Assembly: GCA_040217195.1 (NCBI GenBank)
Contig: JAVJNR010000004.1
Location: 512,001-576,000, forward strand
DNA length: 64,000 nt
Reading direction: 5' to 3'
DNA from: Leptospiraceae bacterium
GTDB taxonomy: Bacteria > Spirochaetota > Leptospiria > Leptospirales > Leptonemataceae
Made by a program: the position numbers and the translations under genes. Below are positions 1-9,810 of the stretch, piece after piece. Under the pieces are notes generated by a model. The model did not search any database. It saw only the letters and a program-made list of their open reading frames with translations, and was not told where the DNA came from. Every line of letters begins with the position of its first letter. The stretch's first letter is position 1.

Positions 1-844
1 TCAAGTATTCTTCCATTTCGTATATGCCCATGTCTGTGCGATATACGATTACACTGTTATTCTGATCCAGCTCGGCTCTGGCCAATTCTTCCAGACCCTT
101 GAAGTCTTTAAAATCTTCCGGGCGAAAGAACATTTCATCAATTCGATTCAGCAGCTTTCGAGTATAGGTGGAAAAATCAATCTCATCCCATCGACCATTG
201 GACTTGATTCTACGCTCATCTTCACGCAGAAAATCGATTTTGCTCATTACATCTTTGTGCAATGCCCGGGGAAGACCGGCCACGTCCTGATATTCCAGAC
301 CCAGGCCATCGATAATACCTTCCACTCTAATGAGAGGAACAATGGCACGATAAACCGGTGCATCTCCTTTTCGCAAATGCATATGATTTAGCAGTATCCA
401 TATAGCCAGTACTGTATCCAGGTCCGGATCATTCGCCCAGATAGTCCATTTCTTGTCTGCCAGGTTTAGACCTTTTCGCACAAGCACCAGTGCCTGTTCG
501 CATGTAGCAAGTGTAAATGATCGCTCCACTCCATCATGATGATCCAGGTTATACACCTGCCTTTCATGATCCATGAACGGTTCGCTTTGAGCGGCGCCAT
601 CCAGGTAGATGGTGCGCTCCCGGGCCTTTCGCGCTGTAGCACCGGATACGCTCTTTCCGCGCACGATTCTAACGCTGATATTGGGAGCTTCAAGACAGGA
701 AAGTACCTTACCTTCCTCCAGTTCTTTCACCGAGTAACGGTCTGGTAGCTTACTCAATTCAGAAGAAAACTCTTCAGATTCACCGATATCCTTGTTCCCG
801 GAGGAATTGGAGAAACCGGCAAGCTTTTTTAATAGCTCCAGCAT
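1..844 (-). CDS. Partial ORF (runs off window start); DHH-motif putative phosphoesterase-like protein
   Basis: Not in ORF track. Manual translation from ATG 844 (or 856) is open to position 2: MLELLKKLAG...IYLDGAAQSEPFMDHERQVYNLDHHDGVERSFTLATCEQ...IWANDPDLDTVLAIWILLNH. Confidence 0.6.
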   Translation of the reverse strand, partial: MLELLKKLAGFSNSSGNKDIGESEEFSSELSKLPDRYSVKELEEGKVLSCLEAPNISVRIVRGKSVSGATARKARERTIYLDGAAQSEPFMDHERQVYNLDHHDGVERSFTLATCEQALVLVRKGLNLADKKWTIWANDPDLDTVLAIWILLNHMHLRKGDAPVYRAIVPLIRVEGIIDGLGLEYQDVAGLPRALHKDVMSKIDFLREDERRIKSNGRWDEIDFSTYTRKLLNRIDEMFFRPEDFKDFKGLEELARAELDQNNSVIVYRTDMGIYEMEEYL

Positions 845-930
845 TGCAGCCCCCATTGAATGAGGCACCGTCTGCTGATGCAATTGTCTTTTGAAGAATT
901 TCGGTCTGCCTCATGGGCCTGGATTCAGCC

Positions 931-2028
931 TTACAGATGCAGATCCAGAAATTGTCCTGGCTTCCAGTGTATAACTTCTAGATTCTCCGGGGCCATTCCC
1001 CGGGCCACAAGGTGCTTTAGGTATAGCGAGCTTTCTCGTGGTAGATCATCGCCCAGTTCGAATGTGCCCCAGTGAACTGGTACCATTCGCGTAGCCTGAA
1101 GATCTGCGCTGGCCTGGAGAGCTTCCAGCGCATCAATGTGGGCCGCCTTCATGAACCAGCGTGGCTTAAATGCACCAACTGGCATGATTGCCAGATCCAG
1201 ACTTTCCGGCCTGCTTCGCCTGATGTCTTTAAAGTGAGGCGAATAGGCTGTATCACCGGCAAAGAATATGTTTCGTTTTCCTACCTTGATCCAGTAGCCG
1301 CCCCAGTGGTATTGCATTGTATCGTTAATGCCCATGCGACTCCAATGCTGGGCCGGCATATACTGAATATTGAATGGGCCTATTTGATTGGTATCCCACC
1401 ATTCCTGGATAACCGAATTGAGTCCCTCTTCCGAGGCCCATAACCTCATTCCAGAAGGCAGAAAGACCAGGGTATCATCATTTTTCCTGGCCAATGATAC
1501 CAGAGTTGGTAGATCCAGATGATCTCGGTGAGCATGGCTGACCAGGGCTGCATCCACTGCAGGAATTTTATCTACAGCCAGTGGTAGCTCGGTCATCCTG
1601 GGACGGGTCAATACATCGCCAAAGACAGGATCAAGGATTAGATGATAGGTCCGATGATCAACTGTAGCTGCAATCCAGGTAGTTGCATGCCCGAGCCAGA
1701 TAATTCGAACAATACCATTGGGCGGATAAAAATCATCCCGTTTGAGAAAACTAACTTCTGGGGGTCCGGAGGGAATGGAATCCACTGAGGGCGGCTCCAA
1801 CTCACCGAACCATTTCCAGTACAGTACCGTGGAAAGCCCCTTGGACAATATATCTGAATCATCATAAAGATTTTGATAACGACCATCTCTGTAGTTCGGG
1901 GAGCTCTGGCGTTCCGGATCCAGGGTATAACAGGCAAAAAGCGGAAAACCAAGCAGTACTGTGCAGAGCATAAAAAGCGGAAATACCCGGCAGTTCCCGG
2001 GAAGTCTGTTTTTTCCGGTCTTTTGCAT
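931..2028 (-). CDS. MBL-fold metallo-hydrolase (NAPE-PLD/RomA-like), probably lipoprotein
   Basis: WLGHAT, LDPVF, SHAHRDHLD, PAQHWS, FAGDT, PVHWGTF motifs; true start probably near Met20. Confidence 0.9.
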   Translation of the reverse strand: MQKTGKNRLPGNCRVFPLFMLCTVLLGFPLFACYTLDPERQSSPNYRDGRYQNLYDDSDILSKGLSTVLYWKWFGELEPPSVDSIPSGPPEVSFLKRDDFYPPNGIVRIIWLGHATTWIAATVDHRTYHLILDPVFGDVLTRPRMTELPLAVDKIPAVDAALVSHAHRDHLDLPTLVSLARKNDDTLVFLPSGMRLWASEEGLNSVIQEWWDTNQIGPFNIQYMPAQHWSRMGINDTMQYHWGGYWIKVGKRNIFFAGDTAYSPHFKDIRRSRPESLDLAIMPVGAFKPRWFMKAAHIDALEALQASADLQATRMVPVHWGTFELGDDLPRESSLYLKHLVARGMAPENLEVIHWKPGQFLDLHL

Positions 2029-2153
2029 GAGCTAAAAGAAACGAACCTCCAGATGCTTTCGTCGGTCAAAATAAAAGGAGAGACCCAAAAAATTCATTTA
2101 CAATCATAGTGTGCTTAGGCGATACTTTTCGCACTAATGGTTTGGAGGATCAA

Positions 2154-2588
2154 ATGCTAAAGAGACAATCCAGCTTGCTGAGAGTTGTTTGTGCGCTCTT
2201 CTTTTTCGCAGCGACAACCGGAGTGATGGCTTCACCCGTAGGGACTTGGAAGACCATCGATGACGAAACCGGAAAAGCCAAGAGTTATGTTCAAGTGTAT
2301 GAGTATCAGGGGAAATACTATGGAAAGGTTGTAAAATTGATCAACCCTTCTGAGCCTAACCCGAAATGCGATAAGTGTACTGGAGCTTATAAGGACAAGC
2401 CCATTGTTGGTATGACCATCATGTGGGGACTATCGAAAGAGGGTAATGAATACTCAGGAGGACAGATCCTGGATCCAGCAAAAGGCAAAGTTTACAATTG
2501 CAAAATCTGGGTTGAAGGGAGTGCTCTAAAGGTTCGTGGATATATCGGACCATTCTTTCGCACTCAAACCTGGTATAAAGTTAACTAA
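2154..2588 (+). CDS. DUF2147 family secreted protein
   Basis: Signal peptide; GTWKTIDDETG, CDKC, GQILDPAKGKVY, LKVRGYIG; GGAGG SD before ATG 2154. Confidence 0.9.
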   Translation: MLKRQSSLLRVVCALFFFAATTGVMASPVGTWKTIDDETGKAKSYVQVYEYQGKYYGKVVKLINPSEPNPKCDKCTGAYKDKPIVGMTIMWGLSKEGNEYSGGQILDPAKGKVYNCKIWVEGSALKVRGYIGPFFRTQTWYKVN

Positions 2589-2600
2589 AAACTCTCCAGG

Positions 2601-2630
2601 AAGGCAGGGCTTCGGTCCTGCCTTTTTCTT
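2601..2630 (+). terminator. Rho-independent terminator
   Basis: AAGGCAGGGC-TTCG-GTCCTGCCTT then T-rich tail. Confidence 0.85.
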
Positions 2631-2633
2631 TCC

Positions 2634-3023
2634 TTGAAATCCCACCGTTCCACTCAATCTACTTCGCCTTACTACCTGTACATTATTCGGACCACTTCGA
2701 ACACTCTTTACACCGGAATTACAACTGATCTGCAACGCAGATGGAATGAACACTGCGGATTAAAAACCGGAAGCAAATACCTGAAAGCTATCAAGCCTGC
2801 AGAACTAGTTGCTGCCTGGGAGATTAGTTCCAATGGAGCCCAGAACCTTTCCCTTCGATCTGTAGCCAGCAAATTGGAGCATAAACTAAAGGGGCTCAAT
2901 CGCAACGATAAACTGTTGCTAATCCGCCGGCCTTCCAGCATCAAAAGGTTTGACGAATGCCAGAACTGTGAATGTAAATCTATACATGCAGCCAGGCGAC
3001 GGGCCATCCAGACCATCCGATAA
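2634..3023 (+). CDS. GIY-YIG nuclease family protein (UPF0213/YhbQ-like)
   Basis: YYLYIIRT..NTLYTGITTDLQRRWNEH..G..GSKY; LEHKLKGL. Confidence 0.85.
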   Translation: MKSHRSTQSTSPYYLYIIRTTSNTLYTGITTDLQRRWNEHCGLKTGSKYLKAIKPAELVAAWEISSNGAQNLSLRSVASKLEHKLKGLNRNDKLLLIRRPSSIKRFDECQNCECKSIHAARRRAIQTIR

Positions 3024-3804
3024 CTCTTCTTCTGTTTTTGATCTTCCGGACATTGCACTGAGCGAAGTCGATTTTCTAGAATATCTGTTTCGTAGAGCCA
3101 GAGAACTGGACGCACTGGAACCTATTTTTCCAGGCATGGTATTCTATAATGTTCCGGCCTATTTAATGAAAAATCTATGGCCTGAAAAATTGGAGCAATG
3201 GAAAAAAGATCCGGAATTAATGGGCTTTGCTGCCAACGAATCAGGCTGGAAAGGCAAACTGGATAACCTGCAATCCAGGTTTAATACATTCAATCGAAAG
3301 GTCACCCTGCATAAGAACTTTGTGATGCATGGAAGGTACAGCATCGCACTTTGTGCGGCGATAGATGAGCAAGAGTTAAACACATCTGAAGTAGCCCTTT
3401 GCTGGATTTCACTGCAAGATCCGGAGATTGAGCTAATAAAAAGGGACGACCCGGCAAGCACCTTTGCCTATGCGAACCAGACTTTCAGCCACTACCGCAT
3501 GGAAGGGCAAATCAACTTGAAAAAGGACGATTTCAAACTAATCCCTGCATCCAGTTACAGACGATTTGGACCAGTTTTCATGATGCGAGAAGTGACCGGT
3601 CTGGGAGCCATTGCCCTGGGCCTACTTGCAGCCAATGGAATTCAACTGGAAGCCCGGCAGTATATTCAGCAGGCGGGCACCAATCGCCAGAATGGTCGAC
3701 CCAGAAAGGAGGATTTGCTTCTGGCTCGACAATACATTTCCCGCCTCTGCCAGGAAGTTTCCAGCAGACATGCACTCTGGGATCGAATGAATTCCCTGCC
3801 CTGA
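2986..3804 (+). CDS. Hypothetical protein
   Basis: Long ORF filling the gap between the GIY-YIG gene and a convergent gene; start uncertain (2950 or 2986). Confidence 0.6.
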   Translation: MQPGDGPSRPSDNSSSVFDLPDIALSEVDFLEYLFRRARELDALEPIFPGMVFYNVPAYLMKNLWPEKLEQWKKDPELMGFAANESGWKGKLDNLQSRFNTFNRKVTLHKNFVMHGRYSIALCAAIDEQELNTSEVALCWISLQDPEIELIKRDDPASTFAYANQTFSHYRMEGQINLKKDDFKLIPASSYRRFGPVFMMREVTGLGAIALGLLAANGIQLEARQYIQQAGTNRQNGRPRKEDLLLARQYISRLCQEVSSRHALWDRMNSLP

Positions 3805-3805
3805 A

Positions 3806-4462
3806 TTATTTGCGAGAGGCGCGAGCAATCTCAGAGATTGCATCGGATTCTAGAATATGAGTTCCCGGTTCGGTTTGCATGGCCATGCAACGAGCCACAT
3901 CCCTGGCCTGAATGCCACGGTACTTTCGCACCGGCCCAATTAGAAAAGGATTCAATACCCCGGCGGCCAGGGCCCCCAGGGATTCACCGGCACGGCTTTC
4001 CTTTCTGGGGCCCAGCAGCAAGCTGGGACGATAGATATGTAATGAAGAAAGGCCCAGACTCTGCAGATCCATTTCTAGTTTGCCCTTCACTCGATTGTAA
4101 TAGATGGAACTTCTATCGTTTGAACCCAGGGCTGTAATTACATGAAACGGTAGATCCTTTTTAACACATTTCCGGGCCAGATTCATTGGATAATGATAAT
4201 CCACCTGCTCGAAAGCTTCCCGACTACCGGCCTTCTTCATTGTAGTACCAAGACAGCAATAGACCGGACCCTGAAAATCTGGATACGACTCCTCGTTTTG
4301 GAAATCTATTGTCTGATACTGAATCCTGGAATTTGCAGAGGAATGCTCTTTACCGGAATCCCGAATCAGAGCCAGTACCGAATTCACATCCGATCTCTGG
4401 GCCAGCTCATTTAATAGAAATCGACCCACCAGGCCGGTACTTCCCGCTACATATACTTTCAT
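3806..4462 (-). CDS. NAD(P)-binding Rossmann oxidoreductase (TIP30/YraR-like)
   Basis: AGSTGLVG, CCLGTTMKKAGS, YNRVKG, YRPSLLLG. Confidence 0.9.
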   Translation of the reverse strand: MKVYVAGSTGLVGRFLLNELAQRSDVNSVLALIRDSGKEHSSANSRIQYQTIDFQNEESYPDFQGPVYCCLGTTMKKAGSREAFEQVDYHYPMNLARKCVKKDLPFHVITALGSNDRSSIYYNRVKGKLEMDLQSLGLSSLHIYRPSLLLGPRKESRAGESLGALAAGVLNPFLIGPVRKYRGIQARDVARCMAMQTEPGTHILESDAISEIARASRK

Positions 4463-4971
4463 TCATCCACCCTGCAAAGTCTCTGGATCAGTTCCCGGTG
4501 CTCGGGGAACTCAGATGCAAGAATATTCCTTTGTGCCAATTCGAAGTCTTCAAAATCAAAACCAGGGCTTACAGTACATCCTACCAGCGAATAGCCCAGA
4601 TCATTTGTTTCGGGGTCCGGTTCTGATGCAAACCAGGCTCCGGCTGGCACAACGGCCTGAAAAACACTCCTTCGCACATCGCTTCCCAGTCGATGACAAT
4701 GATAGCTTCCATCTGAAAGAATCTGATGAACCAGCAACGGATCGCCATAATAGAAATGCCACATTTCATCGCTTCTGATTCTATGGAATGCTGAGAATTC
4801 GCCGGCCGGAATTAGAAAATATATCCCAGTGCAGGATTGCCTGGGCCCATGGGCACCAATCAGAGAGCCTGGCACTTCCAGTTCGCTACGGTAGGTTTCT
4901 GCAAAATAGCCTCCCTCTGGATGAGGCTGCAGATTCAGGCTTTCTACAATTTCTTTAAGCTTTGCAGGCAT
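4459..4971 (-). CDS. Cupin DUF985 family protein
   Basis: LQPHPEGGYF, SAFHRIRSDEMWHFY.G, GCTVSPGFDFEDFEL. Confidence 0.92.
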   Translation of the reverse strand: MPAKLKEIVESLNLQPHPEGGYFAETYRSELEVPGSLIGAHGPRQSCTGIYFLIPAGEFSAFHRIRSDEMWHFYYGDPLLVHQILSDGSYHCHRLGSDVRRSVFQAVVPAGAWFASEPDPETNDLGYSLVGCTVSPGFDFEDFELAQRNILASEFPEHRELIQRLCRVDE

Positions 4972-5078
4972 GTAAAATCGCTTCAGATTTGATTGGTTAC
5001 TGAAATCAATGCAAGGTGGCCCGGATTCAATCGCTGGTATGGGGCGAATTGAAAAAACAGGCCCAGAGCCTTGCCGAT

Positions 5079-5687
5079 TCAGGTCTTTATGATGCCATTC
5101 AGTACCAGGTCAGTTAACAGGGCCACATCTTCCGGAAACTTAAGGTTTCCTTCCCTGAACCCTACCGCAATGCCGATGGCAATGGCTCGTAGAACAAAGG
5201 CCATCTTCTCTGGTTCCCGACGGCGGAAATCGCCGCTAATAATCCCGGCCTCATAGGCCGCTGCGATGGGCTGCACAGCTCCCTGTCCGGCTTTCTCAAA
5301 ATCTTCTACAATATCAACTCCGGACTCTCTTACTAGCTCGGAACGTTTGGTGATCAGTAAATCGAAATAGGTATGATTGCCGCCATAGAATTCGAAGAAT
5401 GCGATGGCCGCCGCCTTCAATCGATCTACCGGATTGGCTTCCTGCAGGCCACTCAGGGCTCGATCATAGCCTTCGTTGAGCTGCTGTAGCCCGCGGGTGA
5501 GCAAAGCAAGGTAAATCTCCGCTTTGTTCTTGTAATACAGATAAAGTGCAGGCCTGGATAGAGATACGGTGGCTGCAATATCTTCCATCGTGATCTCCTC
5601 ATAACCTTTCTGGGAGATCAATTGGCGGGCAGATTCCAGAATCTCCTGCTTTTTACGGATTCGGCTCTTTCGTTCCTTTACGGCCAT
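5079..5687 (-). CDS. TetR/AcrR family transcriptional regulator
   Basis: N-terminal HTH: GYEEITMEDIAATVSLSRPALYLYYKNK. Confidence 0.92.
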   Translation of the reverse strand: MAVKERKSRIRKKQEILESARQLISQKGYEEITMEDIAATVSLSRPALYLYYKNKAEIYLALLTRGLQQLNEGYDRALSGLQEANPVDRLKAAAIAFFEFYGGNHTYFDLLITKRSELVRESGVDIVEDFEKAGQGAVQPIAAAYEAGIISGDFRRREPEKMAFVLRAIAIGIAVGFREGNLKFPEDVALLTDLVLNGIIKT

Positions 5688-5726
5688 GGCGAGAATTGCA
5701 ATTTAATTACGAACTGCCTGTACAGC

Positions 5727-5757
5727 AAGAAGAAAGCCCTGGCGGAAACCAGGGCTA
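5727..5757 (-). terminator. Terminator after YceI-like gene
   Basis: Stem AGCCCTGG/CCAGGGCT followed by TTCTTCTT on the minus strand. Confidence 0.65.
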
Positions 5758-5789
5758 TTAGATCCTTCATCAGGACAAACTGTATAACA

Positions 5790-6416
5790 CTACTTACAGT
5801 CTGCGTTCAGGGAGGTCTTAAGCTTTATGTTCACATCCGGCCAGAGTTTGCTTACTTTATCCGGTCCTGTATGAAGGGCCTTGCAAACCTCATTCAGAGC
5901 CGCCAGAGGTCCGGAAGCGTCCCAGTTTCCCACATCCATGGTTCCGGTAAGGACAACACTTCGGCCATCCACAGAAAGCTCCACAGGAACTTCCCTGGAC
6001 TCGCCGTTCATGGAAAGCATGATTGTACCTGTATTCCCATCGATGGACTTCACGGATCCTTCCATTTTCTGGTCTTTCATTTTTCCAAAAAAGTGCTCTT
6101 TGATCTTCGCATCCCGTCCATCGTTTCCGGAATCAACGCTGGCTGTATCGATAGTGAATGTTGCATTTTTGAACACATCTAGCTGGCTGGATGCATTTTC
6201 AGTTCCCTGAATCTGGAAAGTATTGAATCCTCCGTCCACGCCAGCCTTTTCTGTAAATTTGTAAGCTGTCCAATGAACAGATGTGTTTTCAGCGTTGTAG
6301 GTAAAAGTGCAATCGTCGGTAAGCGGACCGCTCTGGTCATCCTGCTCGGGTGAGCAGTAGCTCAACATCCCTGCTGAAAGAAGCAAAGCTATACCCGAAA
6401 TAATGGTTCGTTTCAT
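5790..6416 (-). CDS. YceI-like lipid/polyisoprenoid-binding lipoprotein
   Basis: Lipobox LSYC; IDTASVDSGNDGRDAKI signature. Confidence 0.85.
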   Translation of the reverse strand: MKRTIISGIALLLSAGMLSYCSPEQDDQSGPLTDDCTFTYNAENTSVHWTAYKFTEKAGVDGGFNTFQIQGTENASSQLDVFKNATFTIDTASVDSGNDGRDAKIKEHFFGKMKDQKMEGSVKSIDGNTGTIMLSMNGESREVPVELSVDGRSVVLTGTMDVGNWDASGPLAALNEVCKALHTGPDKVSKLWPDVNIKLKTSLNADCK

Positions 6417-6438
6417 ATAATCCTCCAGATCAATTTTT

Positions 6439-6894
6439 CTATAATGAGTCAGCTACCTTTTCCTGACATTCTTCGCAGTATCCGTAGACCTCGAAAATGT
6501 GCGTCACTGGCTTAAAGTGGGCCTTATCCATCTGCTGCTTAAAGGCTCCGGAAACATCGCAGTGCTCCAGACAGAAGCTCTTATTGCAAGAAAGGCATAT
6601 TGCATGATGGTGATGATGCCTTCCCTGAAACTCGAACCGAGCAGATTCCCGGCTCTGGAGATTGATCTGGCCCACCAGCCCGGCCTCCGTAAGAGTGGAA
6701 AGGTTTCGGTACACAGTATCCAGGCTCACATGGGGATGCCTTTCTTTAATGGCAGCATGTATCTCCTGAACAGTAAGAGGACCTTCGCTTTCAATCACAG
6801 TTTCCAGGATTTCGATCCTCTGCGGAGTTAGCTTGTAGCCCAGATCTTTGATCTTCTGTAGCGAAAAGGCCAGTTGTGTTTGATGAGCGCTCAT
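6439..6894 (-). CDS. zur: Fur family regulator, probably Zur
   Basis: LTPQR, TVYRNL, HHHHHAICLSC, GYCEEC; adjacent to a ZnuABC-like operon. Confidence 0.8.
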   Translation of the reverse strand: MSAHQTQLAFSLQKIKDLGYKLTPQRIEILETVIESEGPLTVQEIHAAIKERHPHVSLDTVYRNLSTLTEAGLVGQINLQSRESARFEFQGRHHHHHAICLSCNKSFCLEHCDVSGAFKQQMDKAHFKPVTHIFEVYGYCEECQEKVADSL

Positions 6895-6971
6895 CCTAAT
6901 ATGAAGAATTTACAAAGTTTCCAGGCTGACAATGGTTTTTTCCGTGAAGTTCCTGCAATAAGGTCCGCCGC

Positions 6972-7841
6972 TTACTGCGTGGATGAGCCTTCCAGGCGCC
7001 ATAGTCGCCAGAGAAAGGAAAAAAGGGCACAAAGACCAATGAAGAATACAGCCACATGAGTCATGGGAAGATCTAGATAGGAAGCGAAATAGAAACCTGC
7101 TACAGATGATAGCAAAGCCAGAGCCGGGCTAATTAAAAGCAATTGTACAGGACTTCGACTGATTTCTCTGGCTGCCATGGCCGGTAGAACCAGATATCCA
7201 AAAGTAAATACCAGGCCTGCAATTCTCAGGGACAATCCAATAACCAAACCCACCCAGAGCAAAGATAGAAGTTCAATGCGAAAGGCGCGGATCCGCAGGG
7301 ATCGCGCAAAGTCCGGGTCCAGGATGGACAGGAAGATTTTATGGCGAAACATTAGCAACAGAAAGATGGTCAATGCCAGCAGGGCCCCGAAAAGCAGTAT
7401 TTCCCGATTCTGGGATCCCAGCAATCCGGCAGAAAGGATTTGTTCCACTTCGGTCAGTCCGAACGGCGCGCGAGAAACGATTAGAATGGACAGTGCACTG
7501 CTCACCAGAAAAACCCATCCATTGACAGACTCCAGGGTCAGTCGCAGTCCCATTCGCCCGGCCAGAAGTGGAGCCAGAATCGATGCACCCGCTGCGAATA
7601 TTGCAGCACCGGCTTCCAGAATCCAGAAAAAAGGCGGGTCCTCTCGAACCAGGGAAAGTCCGGCTGCAATCCACAGGGCCACGGCCACGCCCACGGTTGA
7701 AGCCTGAGCCACTGATGCACCCAGAAAAATCTGGTCCCGCAGTACAACTACAATGCCACAAAGAGCCAGCAACATTGCTACCAGCCATCCTGTTGTGTAG
7801 GTCTGCCAGAACAGATCCCAGGTTTGAAAAAAGGCATCCAT
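6972..7841 (-). CDS. znuB: Zn/Mn ABC transporter permease (ABC-3 family)
   Basis: Multi-TM; DPDFARSLRI loop; LVLPAMAA. Confidence 0.85.
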   Translation of the reverse strand: MDAFFQTWDLFWQTYTTGWLVAMLLALCGIVVVLRDQIFLGASVAQASTVGVAVALWIAAGLSLVREDPPFFWILEAGAAIFAAGASILAPLLAGRMGLRLTLESVNGWVFLVSSALSILIVSRAPFGLTEVEQILSAGLLGSQNREILLFGALLALTIFLLLMFRHKIFLSILDPDFARSLRIRAFRIELLSLLWVGLVIGLSLRIAGLVFTFGYLVLPAMAAREISRSPVQLLLISPALALLSSVAGFYFASYLDLPMTHVAVFFIGLCALFSFLWRLWRLEGSSTQ

Positions 7842-8566
7842 TATCGCATTTCCTTTTCCGGGTTAAAGAATCCATTTCTAAATTCCAATCTTCCCAGTCC
7901 TGATAAGGATTCCAGATAATGATCTTCGTGACTTACAATCAGTATTGTCTTGCCTTCCTCTTTGTTTAATCTGTCCAGCTCTTCATAAAAGCGCGAAGCG
8001 GAGGCACGATCCAGACCGCTGGATGGTTCGTCCACAAGCAACAGCTGAGGCTCCACCAACAGAGTGCGCGCAAGGATGGCTCGCCGTTGCTGTCCACCGG
8101 ACAGATTCCAGAAATTTACCTTTAGAATATCTTCAAGACCCAGACGCTCAACGATCGCTGTCTCTCTGGACGGCTTATCCTGGAATTGATTTTGATTATG
8201 GCCGGACTTGTTTCGTCGCAGGAAGCCAGCCCAATCCATCCGAAAGGATTTGCGAGAAGAGTGCAGTGCATCTCGCCCCATGGATATAAAATCCTGTACC
8301 CTGAGATTTACAGATGGATGGATGCCCACGGATTGAGGAATGTACCCGATACCCGGATTGGATTTCCAGGCTAGTTCCCCATCCACAGCTGAAATAAGGC
8401 CAAGGATTGTCTTGAGTAACGTTGACTTTCCGCATCCATTAGGACCATGGATAACCCAGAATTCTCCGGACCTCAAAACCCAATCTATTGAAGCTACAGG
8501 CTTTCCGTAACCTATGCGAAGGTCATGGAGCTCCAGAATTACATCTTTCCCGGCGATTTCTGTCAA
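7841..8566 (-). CDS. znuC: Zn/Mn ABC transporter ATPase
   Basis: GPNGCGKST, IGYIPQ, LSGGQQRR, LLVDEP, VSH. Confidence 0.88.
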   Translation of the reverse strand: MTEIAGKDVILELHDLRIGYGKPVASIDWVLRSGEFWVIHGPNGCGKSTLLKTILGLISAVDGELAWKSNPGIGYIPQSVGIHPSVNLRVQDFISMGRDALHSSRKSFRMDWAGFLRRNKSGHNQNQFQDKPSRETAIVERLGLEDILKVNFWNLSGGQQRRAILARTLLVEPQLLLVDEPSSGLDRASASRFYEELDRLNKEEGKTILIVSHEDHYLESLSGLGRLEFRNGFFNPEKEMR

Positions 8567-9708
8567 TTGGCTCCGCCGAAAACCAGAGTGTTTACATTGT
8601 AGTCCACAAAATCCAGATAGCGACTGGTTCCGGGTCGGGAATCCCCCTGATTGGCCATGGGTAGGATGCTGGCTCCGGTCTTCTCTGCCAGAAAGGATGC
8701 ATACCTGGGATTATAATAAGCTGCAGATAAGATATAAGAAGCTCCTGTACTCTTCATTCGCTGCGCCAGTTGGGATAGATGATTTGTGGTAGGATCCACA
8801 CCCGCAATGGATTCCATATAACCAATAATTTCAAGTCCAAACACATTGGCCAGATAACTCCAGGTAGCCTGATGATCTCCCACGAATTTTCTGGATTGCA
8901 CAGCATGGATACGAGCCAACCAGCCTCCCAGATCTGCTTCCTGTCCGTTCTTCTTCAAGAAATTAATGAAGCCCGAATAGCCGGATTTGTGCAATAGTAG
9001 CGCCAGGCGATCCAGTTTTCCCCTGTACTGCTCGGTGAGCCTGGTCCCAAATAATCTGGTACACAATTCCTTTTCGAAGACTCGGTACTTTGCATCATAG
9101 TAGGATGCGTAAGCTGGATCGATCTGCTTGAATCTATCCCGAATCAGTCCGGCCACCAGCAGGCCAGCCGATGGATCGGATAAGTAATGAGGGCTGCCGC
9201 TGGGATGTACGTCTCCCATGCTGCGATCCACCTGTCCTGTGGGTCGGTCGCGAGGGACAATAACCCGGGATGCATCTATGAAACCTGGCGCACCATAGTT
9301 TATCTTGGGATTTCTGGCCTGCTTCAAAAGAACAGGAGCCCAACCCAGTTCCAATTCCATGCCCACCTGGATAAAAACGTCCGCTTGATTCAAGTCTCGA
9401 ATGAAGCTGGGCCTGGGATCTACGAAATGAGGGTCCTGAGTACCGCGAGCCAGGGATTGAACCTGTATGCGATTTCCTCCCACTTCTTTTGCAAGCATGG
9501 CTAATTCGGGCACCGTTGTTTGAACTTTCAGTAGTCCATCCGCCAAAGCCGGAGTAGCAAAAATCAATGCAATGGCCAGGATGCACCTGCGAAAAAGAAA
9601 TCCAAACTTTCTGTTCGGTTCGTCTACAGTCCTGACTGAAACCCTATTTCGCAAGGAGCTGGTGCCAGTACCGAAAAAGCCTGATCTGTATTGCTGATTT
9701 ATTTCCAT
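8563..9708 (-). CDS. znuA: Zn/Mn ABC transporter substrate-binding protein (ZnuA/TroA family)
   Basis: QDPHFVDPRPS, GMELELGW, MGDVHPSGSPHYLSDP; start uncertain. Confidence 0.88.
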   Translation of the reverse strand: MEINQQYRSGFFGTGTSSLRNRVSVRTVDEPNRKFGFLFRRCILAIALIFATPALADGLLKVQTTVPELAMLAKEVGGNRIQVQSLARGTQDPHFVDPRPSFIRDLNQADVFIQVGMELELGWAPVLLKQARNPKINYGAPGFIDASRVIVPRDRPTGQVDRSMGDVHPSGSPHYLSDPSAGLLVAGLIRDRFKQIDPAYASYYDAKYRVFEKELCTRLFGTRLTEQYRGKLDRLALLLHKSGYSGFINFLKKNGQEADLGGWLARIHAVQSRKFVGDHQATWSYLANVFGLEIIGYMESIAGVDPTTNHLSQLAQRMKSTGASYILSAAYYNPRYASFLAEKTGASILPMANQGDSRPGTSRYLDFVDYNVNTLVFGGAN

Positions 9709-9810
9709 GGTTCTTCTCCTGAGCTTTTAAATCCTGTGTCTGCTGACCTGCGAATGAGAACTCCAGAGCTCACTCCTATCCTTACTTACCTTTTGCCGTT
9801 TTCTATTTAA

